Positions 34,501-43,341 of a DNA stretch of 44,474 bases are shown piece by piece (within the stretch, counting starts at the first letter, position 1; each line of letters starts with the position of its first letter). The translations under genes and the position numbers were made by a program. A model generated the notes under the pieces. The model saw nothing but the letters and a program-made list of their open reading frames with translations, made no database searches and had not been told where the DNA came from. The stretch is taken from the NCBI GenBank assembly GCA_963758915.1, contig CAVWXH010000018.1:1-44474 (forward strand). The letters are read 5' to 3'. The stretch is from an uncultured Methanomicrobiales archaeon. GTDB lineage: Archaea > Halobacteriota > Methanomicrobia > Methanomicrobiales > Methanospirillaceae.

Positions 34501-36573
34501 CACGAGATCGACGTGCCGGAAAGCGAGCAGCTGATCAACGAGCGGATAAATCAGCTCCGCAGGACCGGAGAGGCATCATTTGACGTTAAGCATTTCCGTA
34601 AAGACGGTTCGATTATCCCACTCAATGTCACGGCAAAGATCACGACATGGAACGGCCGGGACGTGCTCCTGAGCGTATCGACAGACATCTCTGAACGGAT
34701 GCAGTCGGAAGCGGCCCTGAAGGAAAGTGAAGCCCGCCTGCAGTCAGTCCTCAACGGCTTGCCCATCCTCCAGTTCGTGATTGACATGAACCACCGGGTC
34801 ATTTCCTGGAACAAGGCGATTGAGGAGTACAGCGGCATCAGCGCTGCTGATATCCTTGGTACCGACCAGCACTGGCGTCCGTTCTACCCGGAGAAGCGGC
34901 CGGTTCTTGCCGACCTTGTTGTCGATGGCAACACTGACGGCCTCTTCAAGTGGTATGCCGGTAAGCTGCAGAAGTCCCGGTACGTGGACGGCGCCTATGA
35001 AGCGACAGACTTCTTCCCCCGCATGGGCACAGCCGGAACATGGCTCTCGTTCACTGCAGCCCCGGTACTGGATGCGAAAGGAGCGATCATCGGTGCTGTC
35101 GAGACGCTCGAGGATATCACCGGGCGGATTGCCGTTGAGCAAGCTCTACGCGAGAAAGAAGGGCTTTACCGCCTCATTGCGGAGAATACCGCAGACCACA
35201 TCTGGATCTTCGATATGAACATGAGGATGACATACACGAGCCCGTCTGTCACCAGGTTGAAAGGATTTACGGTCGATGAGGCGCTGTCCCAGTCCCTTCA
35301 GGATATGATGACCCCAGATTCCGCTGAATCAGTCCTGAAACGGTTCCACGAGGAGATAGCCCTGGAAGCAACCGGGACTGCCAATCCGTGCAGGACGATC
35401 TCGTTTGAGACCGAAGAGTACTGTAAAGACGGGACAACTATCATTGTCGAAAATGCAGTGACACTGCTGCGGGATTTCGCAGGGATGCCGGTCGGGATCC
35501 TCGGAGTGTCGCGCGATATCACGGTACGCAGGAAGGCACTGGCAGCCCTTGCTGATAGTGAGGAACTGTACCGTAAACTGGTCAGCACGGTGCCTGATCT
35601 CGTGGCAAGGACTGACCTTGCGGGAAACATCGTCTATATCAATGAGACCGGGATAACCATGAGCGGCTATGCGACGGCCAACGATGTAGTGGGCAAATCG
35701 GTTTTCGATTTCTTTTCACCGGACGATCTTCCCCGGGCAATCGAAAACACAAAAAAAATGTTCGCCCGCCAGCTGGGCCCGGTCGAGTACACCTTCATCT
35801 CCCGTGACGGGAACCGGTTATCACTGGAGGTCAACGGGGATGTCCTCCGTACCCCTTCTGGCGAACCGTACGGGATGGTGTATGTCGGACGGGACATTAC
35901 CGGCCGCAAGCGGGCGGAAGAAGAACTCCGGGAGGCCAACAAAAAGCTAAGCCTGCTCTCATCAATCACACGGCACGATATCATCAACAACATCAGCGTC
36001 TGCAGGGGGTATCTTGCACTCGCCAAATTGGAATCGTCAAATGCGGAGATGCAGAGGTTTATCAAAACTCTTGAAGAATCGATGGAAACAATCCAGTCCC
36101 AGATCGACTTTACCAGGATCTACCAGGAACTCGGGACGGCTGATCCGGTATGGCAGGACATCGGTGAGGTACTGCGAAAGTGTACGGCCGCGAAGAGTAT
36201 CCCGGTTGAATCCGGTATCAAGGACCTCGAAGTATTTGCCGATCCGCTGCTTGGCAGGGTTTTCTACAACCTGATGGACAACGCGGTACGGCACGGGGGA
36301 CATGTATCAGCAATTCGTGTTCATGCAGAACAGCGGGGAGATGAGATGATGATTGTCTGGGAAGATAATGGCATTGGGATCCCTGCCGGTGAGAAGGAGA
36401 AGATCTTCGGGCAGGGCTATGGCAGGAACACCGGCCTCGGGCTCTTCCTTGTCAGGGAAGTGCTTGCCCTTACCGGCATTACAATCCATGAGACCGGTGA
36501 ACCGGGGAGAGGTGCACGATTTGAGATGACCGTGCCAAAAGGGGCATGGCGGATCATCCCGGGCCGGCAATAA
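31548..36573 (+). CDS. Hybrid sensor histidine kinase: REC + ~10 PAS/PAC + HisKA/HATPase (one +1 frameshift at ~34000)
   Basis: REC (YIDDE, SDYQMP, YLQKG); repeated DIT/SERK PAC ends; H box TRHDIIN, N box NLMDNAVRHG, EDNGIG, GLGLF. gaggCCgaagtaccgc minus one C gives ESEAKYRTLV, joining ORFs 31548-34052 and 34138-36573. Confidence 0.88.
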
Positions 36574-36889
36574 TTCAGATATCCTCCGTCTCTTATATTG
36601 ACGAAATCCGGGACAGGTTTTCCAGCCCACTCGTAGCCGGCATAAAACCCGGGCACGAGAGCCCTGGTATCTGAAGCGTATGTGAGATCCGTAACAGATA
36701 CAACACGGTGGGAATCATGCACGGGAGATACTGCAGGATATCATCCCGAAAACAGGCAGGCGTTGTTTCGAGGGGGAATGCACGGGCATCTGTCATGGTT
36801 ATAGTGGTCTTTGGGGAAGGGCCTTATATGGTATTGGAACATCACGCTCTTTTTTTACCAATCCCCTCCTGTATTGGTACAGGAATTAT

Positions 36890-38182
36890 ATGACTATCGA
36901 CTGGTACAGAGAGTTTGTCGACCTGGACTATACCCCGGCTGATGATGAGATCGTCTGTCTCTTCTATTTCGAACCGGCAGCAGGGATCAGCATGGAGGAG
37001 GCAGCCGGGAGGATTGCCTCAGAGAGCTCTACGGGGACGTGGACAACGCTCTTCACCCTGCCACCACGAATGAAGGCTCTGCAGGCGACCGCTTTTTCAA
37101 TTGAGAAGAATTTCGTAAAGATCGCCTACCCGCTTGCGCTCTGGGAGGAGGGAAATGCCGTCCAGCTGCTCAGCGGGATCGCGGGGAACATCTTCGGGAT
37201 GAAAGCAATCGCGAACCTCCGGCTCATTGATGCAACGCTGCCACCGGCATATCTGAAGCACTTTGGGGGCCCGCACTATGGCAATGACGGGATCAGGAAG
37301 ATGATGGGCATCAATGGCAGGCCTCTCACAGGTGCCGTGCCAAAACCCAAGATCGGTTTCTCGGCAAAGGAGCACGCGGAGATTGGGTACGAGACCTGGA
37401 TGGGAGGCTTTGATTTCGTAAAAGACGACGAGAACCTGACTTCCACATCGTTCAACCGGTTCAACGAACGCGTGGAGCAATTGACCAGGCTCCGTGACAG
37501 GGCTGAAGCGGAGACTGGCGAGAAAAAATCGGCGTTCCTCAACATCACGGCCGACGTGGGAACCATGATGAAGCGTGCCGACCTCCTCGCGGAGTATGGC
37601 TGGAACTACGCGATGATCGATGTCGTTGTCGCGGGAACTGCCGGAACTATGACAATGCGGGACTACTGCTCGGATCTCGGGCTTGCCATCCATGCGCACC
37701 GTGCGATGCACGCTGCCTTTGACAGGAATAAAAAACACGGCATGACCATGTATTTCCTCGCAAAGCTGATGCGGCTCATCGGGGTCTCGCAGATCCACAC
37801 AGGGACTGCGGTCGGGAAGCTGTCCGGCACAAAGAAGGAGTCCATGCTGCTTGCCGATCTTCTCCGGGAGAACAAGATCGACGCTTCTGGAAATCTCTGC
37901 CTCGCGCAGGACTGGGGGATGATGAAATCCGCGTTCCCGGTCTCTTCCGGGGGGCTGCACCCCGGCCTTGTACCGGACGTGCTGGACATATACGGGACAG
38001 AACTTGTACTGCTGGTTTCAGGTGGCATCCACGGGCACCCGAAGGGGACGCGGGCCGGGGCGAAAGCTACCATGCAGGCGATCGAAGCATGGCAGGAGGG
38101 CATCACGCTGGATGAGAAGGCAAAGACAGCAAAGGAACTTGGAGAAGCGCTCGGTAAATGGGGCTACTACAAGCCGAAATAA
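36890..38182 (+). CDS. rbcL: Form III ribulose-1,5-bisphosphate carboxylase large subunit
   Basis: ASESSTGTWT, PKPKIG, catalytic DFVKDDEN, HAHRAMH, HTGTAVGKL, SGGLHP, GGIHGHP; no small subunit adjacent. Confidence 0.95.
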   Translation: MTIDWYREFVDLDYTPADDEIVCLFYFEPAAGISMEEAAGRIASESSTGTWTTLFTLPPRMKALQATAFSIEKNFVKIAYPLALWEEGNAVQLLSGIAGNIFGMKAIANLRLIDATLPPAYLKHFGGPHYGNDGIRKMMGINGRPLTGAVPKPKIGFSAKEHAEIGYETWMGGFDFVKDDENLTSTSFNRFNERVEQLTRLRDRAEAETGEKKSAFLNITADVGTMMKRADLLAEYGWNYAMIDVVVAGTAGTMTMRDYCSDLGLAIHAHRAMHAAFDRNKKHGMTMYFLAKLMRLIGVSQIHTGTAVGKLSGTKKESMLLADLLRENKIDASGNLCLAQDWGMMKSAFPVSSGGLHPGLVPDVLDIYGTELVLLVSGGIHGHPKGTRAGAKATMQAIEAWQEGITLDEKAKTAKELGEALGKWGYYKPK

Positions 38183-38512
38183 GTGACCGGGCGTAACCCC
38201 CATTCACCTTATTGAGCAACACTCTTACCTGCGTCTCCACGTGCCCTGTGCCTGATCATGATGTGCCCGGGAGCCGCCTTATAAATCTGAATGCCGGAGT
38301 CAGAACCCGCTGGCTTCGGGACTGGTGTGACTGATCCCACAAGTTATGGTCCTTTTTTCATTAGTAATTCCGGTATTAACTCGGAGCGGGGTACATGGAG
38401 CCGGGGGGTACGTGACTTCTCCAGGGAGCATTCCCGTAAATTAAGCGATGTCATTCCAAATCGGTATAACAACTAACAATGTGAATAGCAAAAAGCCTCA
38501 AATTTCAAAAAG

Positions 38513-38566
38513 TGCGAGGGGAGGGAGTCGAACCCGCGAACCCCTTCGGGAACAGATCTTGAGTCT
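38513..38566 (-). repeat. att site: 3' half of tRNA-Leu(CAA) (anticodon loop, long variable arm, T arm, acceptor 3' strand)
   Basis: Minus strand reads AGA-CTCAAGA-TCTG-TTCCCGAAGGGGTTC-GCGGG-TTCGACT-CCCTC-CCCTCGCA. No D-arm or 5' acceptor strand upstream; one T-stem mismatch; 36 bp from the integrase ATG. Confidence 0.85.
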
Positions 38567-38602
38567 TATGCCATCCAACGGCACTATATACCGAAAAAAC
38601 AC

Positions 38603-39805
38603 ATGTCTATTTTAGAGGAGCGGGCAATGAAGGAACTTGATCGGTTGAAAAAAATAGATCCAGTAAATAGCGCTTATTTGGTTAATTATGCACGATACCT
38701 GAAACTGAAGAACCTCAGTCCCAAAACTGTCGAACTGAAATTATGGAGGGTCTACATATTCCTGTTATACAACAAATTCCAGGATATTAAAGCAATTTTA
38801 CCATCGGATGTTGAAGATTACGTTCTAGAACGGAAAGAAAAGGTCAGCCCCTTTACACTTCAGGGTGATATTCTCGAATTGAAACTATTCTTAAAATGGT
38901 TCCTGCCCGATAAAGTGGACCAACTGATCACCTTCAAGATCCAGAAGCCGAAACGAAAACTCCCCGTAGATCAACTGATCACCCGGGAAGATATTCAGAA
39001 GATGGTCGCATCCTGTGATACACAGCGGGATCGCGCGTTGATCATGCTGCTCTGGGATTCGGGAGCTCGAATAAATGAAATCCTATCCAGGAATATTGGT
39101 CATGTCGCGTTCGACCGGTACGGGGCTGTAATCATTGTTGATGGCAAAACCGGAGAGAGAAGAATGCGGCTAACCTCATGTGTCCCGGACCTGCAAGCAT
39201 GGGTGAACATGCACCCAATGAGAAATAACCCTAACTCACCGCTTTTTATTACATACAACAGGTATGGTACAGGAAAAAAGGTACTGAATTCCCATACGGT
39301 TCAGAACCGTCTCAAGATTATCGCAGCACAGGCCGGGATTCAAAAACGGGTCTACCCACATGGAATAAGGCATTCCCGTCTCACAGATTTATCAAAACAG
39401 GGATTCAGCGAGATGGAATTACGCATCATAGCCGGATGGGAATCTTCCTCCCTGATGCCGGCAGTTTATGTCCATCTTTCCGGTGCAGATGTGGAAAATA
39501 AGGTCCTGGCTAAAGCAGGGATAATCCAAGAGGAAGAGAAGGCGGGGGAGAAGACCCTTGAGGCCCGACAGTGTCCACGGTGCGGCGGATTGTGCGCTTA
39601 TGATATGAAATATTGTCCTAAGTGTTCTCTGATTCTGGATTCAAAAACCGCAATGGAAATATTACAGGCTGAAGAACAGGCGGTGAAGGAACCGGAACAC
39701 CTGACCATTCAGCAGCAGATGGATGAACTTCAAAAGCGGATGAAGGAACTACAGAACGGATTGGCAAGCGTTAATGCAGGAGTCACGACCGATACTCTTA
39801 TTTGA
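38603..39805 (+). CDS. Tyrosine recombinase/integrase with C-terminal zinc ribbon (SNJ2-like architecture)
   Basis: Catalytic R (DSGARINE), K (DGKTG), HxxR (HGIRHSR), GW and Y (MPAVYVH); CPRC-x10-CPKC followed by a coiled coil. Confidence 0.92.
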   Translation: MSILEERAMKELDRLKKIDPVNSAYLVNYARYLKLKNLSPKTVELKLWRVYIFLLYNKFQDIKAILPSDVEDYVLERKEKVSPFTLQGDILELKLFLKWFLPDKVDQLITFKIQKPKRKLPVDQLITREDIQKMVASCDTQRDRALIMLLWDSGARINEILSRNIGHVAFDRYGAVIIVDGKTGERRMRLTSCVPDLQAWVNMHPMRNNPNSPLFITYNRYGTGKKVLNSHTVQNRLKIIAAQAGIQKRVYPHGIRHSRLTDLSKQGFSEMELRIIAGWESSSLMPAVYVHLSGADVENKVLAKAGIIQEEEKAGEKTLEARQCPRCGGLCAYDMKYCPKCSLILDSKTAMEILQAEEQAVKEPEHLTIQQQMDELQKRMKELQNGLASVNAGVTTDTLI

Positions 39806-39811
39806 GTTGTA

Positions 39812-39829
39812 AGTAGTAGTAGTAGTAGT
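39812..39829 (+). repeat. (AGT)6 microsatellite
   Basis: Six exact AGT units between integrase stop and the AAGAGG RBS-like site of the next ORF. Confidence 0.9.
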
Positions 39830-39843
39830 AAGAGGAAATCAAA

Positions 39844-40005
39844 ATGCCTGAAGAATTTAAACCATCGGAAGTAATCGGGCAACCCTATCAACCCAGCCTT
39901 CTTCCTTATGGGGGTGGCATAAGTATGAGAACCGGGCGTATAGTATTTGCAACGAGCCTGGCAGATCATGAAAGGATTATGTCGAACCTCAAGGCTCTTG
40001 AATGA
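39844..40005 (+). CDS. 53-aa ORF, candidate antitoxin for downstream PIN toxin (below ORF-track cutoff)
   Basis: MPEEFKPSEVIGQPYQPSLLPYGGGISMRTGRIVFATSLADHERIMSNLKALE; RBS-like AAGAGG upstream; ATGA overlap with the PIN gene. Confidence 0.55.
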   Translation: MPEEFKPSEVIGQPYQPSLLPYGGGISMRTGRIVFATSLADHERIMSNLKALE

Positions 40006-40475
40006 ACGGTTCGGTATTCCTCGATACCTGCATATTTTTTTCTGCTATTGATAACCCTTCAGATCGGCAGACTCTTCAGCACTTCCAAAACATCGGAGTG
40101 GCTTTTTACTCATCCCTCCCAGTATTTGGGGAATTTATTGCACAAATGGCCATAAAAAAAGATAAAGAGGACTATACAAGGAATTTCCTTGATATTCTTG
40201 AGGAGCTGGATGTTACCGGCCTTGTTCCTAACCCGCGTGTGAGTTATGCCTGTTACCTTCTCTGCCGCCACAATGAGGACGAACGGATGAAGCAACAGCA
40301 TACTGACCTTGTTCACCTTGGTTACGCAATGGCATACGAAATTCCCCTATTTTTAACGACTGATAGGAATTTAACACGGTACCGATTGCCTTTTCACCTT
40401 ACTGAGAGAGGATACCAGAAACCGCAGATGATCGATTTAGCAACGGCAAAAAGGGAATTTTTAAACAAGAAATAA
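40002..40475 (+). CDS. PIN-domain (VapC-like) ribonuclease toxin
   Basis: VFLDTCIF, VFGEF, TDLVHLGYA, FLTTDRNL supply the D-E-D-D acidic set of PIN domains. Confidence 0.8.
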   Translation: MNGSVFLDTCIFFSAIDNPSDRQTLQHFQNIGVAFYSSLPVFGEFIAQMAIKKDKEDYTRNFLDILEELDVTGLVPNPRVSYACYLLCRHNEDERMKQQHTDLVHLGYAMAYEIPLFLTTDRNLTRYRLPFHLTERGYQKPQMIDLATAKREFLNKK

Positions 40476-40534
40476 ATGAATTTTTCCTTCTTTCTGAAAA
40501 ATTCTTTATTGATTTGGACAGCTAAATCCAAACC

Positions 40535-41221
40535 TCATTTCTTCCCGCCATTTTTTTCTTTCCCACATTTACTTTCAACTCTGGCAATAAATTCCGTATA
40601 GTGGCCCGAGGTTAATAAAAGTGTTATCTCCTCGGTATTTCTTTTACTAAACCTCCGTTTATAAATCTGAAACTGTAACATAGTTGATTTCAACATTGCT
40701 ATAAACGCCTTATCCAGTTTTTCCGGATTTTTCCTACATTTTTCTACAAGATTTTTTTCCATCTGGCTTGTCTGCCGTGCAGTCCATTCATCCATCAATC
40801 CCTTTTCTTTAATGAAAATCAACATTTCCTTGACATAAACTGAAAGATTCTCACTCTCGCAATGTAATTCCTTGAAATGCGTTTTAAGGTCATTCCCCTG
40901 GTAATCCGGGGAAAAAATCAGGCTGTTCAATCGGAAATAGGTTCGTTCCGGATTACCTGTTTTCTGGTCGTTATCACGGACCTTAATTTTTTCAACTAGT
41001 CCCTGTTCCTCCATGTCTTTCAATAAACGGTCAAGGTTGGAGGAAGCGATGGAAATTAATTCAGATTCATCTAGTGCCCGTTCAATATCCTGGCGTGAAA
41101 CATATTCACAGCCGCGAGGGGTTATCGACTGCATTAGGGTGTGATAGATTTTTGCTGCTCGCCGTTTGGATTCTACAGATTTTCGGGTCCTTAAAAATGG
41201 TCCCCATGTCGGATCAAGCAA
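40535..41221 (-). CDS. Winged helix-turn-helix protein, probable element repressor
   Basis: SRQDIERAL..SSNLDRLLKDMEEQGLVEK..RTYFRL fits the wHTH recognition helix and wing; TTG start uncertain. Confidence 0.6.
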   Translation of the reverse strand: MLDPTWGPFLRTRKSVESKRRAAKIYHTLMQSITPRGCEYVSRQDIERALDESELISIASSNLDRLLKDMEEQGLVEKIKVRDNDQKTGNPERTYFRLNSLIFSPDYQGNDLKTHFKELHCESENLSVYVKEMLIFIKEKGLMDEWTARQTSQMEKNLVEKCRKNPEKLDKAFIAMLKSTMLQFQIYKRRFSKRNTEEITLLLTSGHYTEFIARVESKCGKEKNGGKK

Positions 41222-41230
41222 TAACTGGTC

Positions 41231-41320
41231 GATTTTAGCCCCCCCTCACTATCAGGTATCTGATGATTTCATTTTGAGGTGGGCCTTATTACACTCTACC
41301 TGTGTGCAGGATGAAAGTGA
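41231..41320 (+). repeat. Structured direct repeat, copy 1 (90 bp)
   Basis: gattttagC7tcactatcaggtatctgat..ttttgaggtgggccttattacactctacctgtgtgcaggatgaaagtga; matches 42571-42665. Confidence 0.92.
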
Positions 41321-41393
41321 TAAGTTGTCAACGAAATATTGTTAAAAGAAAATGGAAACGGAACATTAATACAATATTCAATAAAAGTTATCG

Positions 41394-42407
41394 ATGGTAA
41401 GGGGGGTCAGATATCTTGACCGGACAGTGGAACCCTATATTCCAATGGGCAAAGAAATGAATAGCAAATGGGAATATGTCGTAATCGGGGTTCTCGGTAT
41501 CCTGGTTATTTCATTGATCGGCGGAGTTCTGACAAACAATATTCCGCTTACGAATAATACAACCTCGTCTAACCAGAGTGGTGTAATCCCTTCAGAACCG
41601 AAAAGCCCAACAAATATTGCATTTCCGTCAGATTTTACTCTACGGGTTCAACCCTCTTCAACGAATGGTTCGATGCCAATCTATCAAAAGACTACACAAA
41701 AATTATCCGTGACGGATATTAACAATTTGGCAGCGAAATTTGGGTATAGTGGAGAGATTTCTGTAAGTTCGAGCCCAACGGGAGAAATAGTCTATTCTTC
41801 GTCGAGAATTTATGCTAATGATAGAGATTACCTGTCATGGGATAGCTTGAATGTCGACAAAATTCAAAATCCCAAACTTCTCCCAAATGATATTGAAGCT
41901 GGAAAAATTGCCGACACGTTCATAAAAACTCATGGTCTGGTTTACCCAGGGGCAGTTCAAAAATCTATCTCACATACTCAAGGATCATCTTGTGATACAA
42001 AAACAAATATTTGCACTGTGGAAAGTGAGAAAATAAGTGTTTATTACAATCACATAATTGACGGCTATAACTTCTTGCCTGACTTCATGTCTGTCGATGT
42101 AGGGGAAAATGGAAATGTTTTAAGATTCGTTGCTCGGTGGAATTCATATCAGAAGACTAATAATGTAACGATTATCTCACCATCAGAAGCAATCCAAATA
42201 TTGCAGAAAGAAGGAATACATCTCGATAACCTTGATATAATATCCGGTAAGGCTACTATTACAACTCTAAACCTTGTTTATGGTTATGCTGATCCAAATG
42301 TTTGGACTGATACTGTCGTTCCGCTTTATTATTTTAAAGGAGAAGTCCAAGGAACGAATGGGATCATTGGATGGGATCAGTATGTGCCAGCAATGAAAAC
42401 TCCCTGA
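41394..42407 (+). CDS. Membrane-anchored extracellular hypothetical protein (cargo; YcdB/PepSY-like features)
   Basis: TM helix YVVIGVLGILVISLIGGVL, Asn/Thr/Ser-rich; EAGKIADTFI, ISPSEAIQIL, LVYG..VPLYYFKG; true start may be ~41444-41458; AT-rich. Confidence 0.7.
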   Translation: MVRGVRYLDRTVEPYIPMGKEMNSKWEYVVIGVLGILVISLIGGVLTNNIPLTNNTTSSNQSGVIPSEPKSPTNIAFPSDFTLRVQPSSTNGSMPIYQKTTQKLSVTDINNLAAKFGYSGEISVSSSPTGEIVYSSSRIYANDRDYLSWDSLNVDKIQNPKLLPNDIEAGKIADTFIKTHGLVYPGAVQKSISHTQGSSCDTKTNICTVESEKISVYYNHIIDGYNFLPDFMSVDVGENGNVLRFVARWNSYQKTNNVTIISPSEAIQILQKEGIHLDNLDIISGKATITTLNLVYGYADPNVWTDTVVPLYYFKGEVQGTNGIIGWDQYVPAMKTP

Positions 42408-42570
42408 AAAGGAATTTTCATATTATTTTTCGCGAATTATGCGAATAGTCGAATTTCCTCTTGCATCTTTATCCCCCATTACTTTGCTTATATATCTAAA
42501 TTAAAACAAAAATTGTTAACCAATATATTCATTTTACGGCCTTATTCTTAAAATTAATCTCTTCCTGCTA

Positions 42571-42665
42571 GATTTTAGCCCCCTCACTATCAGGTATCTG
42601 ATATTTTATGAGTTTATTTTGAGGTGGGTCTTATTACACTCTACCTGTGTGCAGGATGAAAGTGA
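42571..42665 (+). repeat. Structured direct repeat, copy 2 (95 bp)
   Basis: Same as copy 1 except C5 instead of C7, a longer central AT spacer and one C>T change. Confidence 0.92.
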
Positions 42666-42684
42666 ACACAGGAGGAATATCTGG

Positions 42685-42840
42685 ATGACTACGATTACAA
42701 TCGGCCGAAACGGTGTGGAATTTATTCACACCAATGTTATGGTCCCGAGGAATCTGCGGGACCTTGCGAAAGAACGGGGCGTATCGCTCTCGAAGACACT
42801 GAAGGAAGCACTGGAACAAAAACTACAGGAGCATGAATGA
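42685..42840 (+). CDS. Ribbon-helix-helix (CopG/CcdA-like) DNA-binding protein
   Basis: AGGAGG then MTTITIG..HTNVMVPRNLRDLAKERGVSLSKTLKEALEQKL. Confidence 0.75.
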   Translation: MTTITIGRNGVEFIHTNVMVPRNLRDLAKERGVSLSKTLKEALEQKLQEHE

Positions 42841-43142
42841 TTAAAACGGTAGAAAATCAGGCCCCCACCGCTAGGAACGATCTGAGGCCTGAACACATCC
42901 CTGCACAAACAGGAACGGCATCAAGTTATGGGACCCCCACCATCATTGAACTTCCGGCACCCCGCTTTGTCCGGCCCCACTATGCTGTCCGGAAGGAAGT
43001 TCTTGAACATATGAACCCGATCGCGAAGATGACCGCGGAGTCTGCATCGCCCGGGGGACCTGGAGCTGATCGAGTGATGACCGGCAATTCCCTCTATAGA
43101 GAACGGCCCGTGTTAACCCGGCGGGAGGGGTACCGTGTTTAA
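42837..43142 (+). CDS. Hypothetical protein of mobile element
   Basis: ATGA-coupled to RHH gene and overlaps the next start; no recognised motif. Confidence 0.45.
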   Translation: MIKTVENQAPTARNDLRPEHIPAQTGTASSYGTPTIIELPAPRFVRPHYAVRKEVLEHMNPIAKMTAESASPGGPGADRVMTGNSLYRERPVLTRREGYRV

Positions 43143-43341
43143 CCCTCCTGAGGAACCGTGGCCGGAAGGTGTGAAACTCTGCCCGATCATGTCTCGTCTC
43201 AACCGGACAGTTCTTTGTTTTAAATCAAATTGCTATGCTGCTTATCCGGTCCGTGCAATGAGCGAAACTATATGGTACTGCGCCATTATCGACGGTCCAA
43301 ACAAGTCCAGGAACCCATCATCAAGAATTATTGAAGGGTGA
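43135..43341 (+). CDS. Small Cys-rich, putative Zn-binding protein
   Basis: CPIMS..CFKSNC..WYCAII; GGGAGG upstream; GTGA overlap with the primase gene. Confidence 0.55.
   Translation: MFNPPEEPWPEGVKLCPIMSRLNRTVLCFKSNCYAAYPVRAMSETIWYCAIIDGPNKSRNPSSRIIEG

Noticed and set aside
38250-38340. Possible C/D-box sRNA (ATGATGT...CTGA...CTGA)
   Set aside because: C box imperfect, no convincing C' box, atypical spacing and no terminal stem.
38513-38600. Complete or intron-containing tRNA-Leu gene
   Set aside because: Sequence 5' of the anticodon arm on the minus strand has no D-arm or GCGAGGG acceptor strand; only the 3' half is present, so it is called an att site.
41231-42665. Canonical integron attC sites or CRISPR repeats
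   Set aside because: No RYYYAAC/GTTRRRY ends, and I see no sign that the integrase is IntI-type; only two ~90-bp copies 1.3 kb apart and no cas genes.
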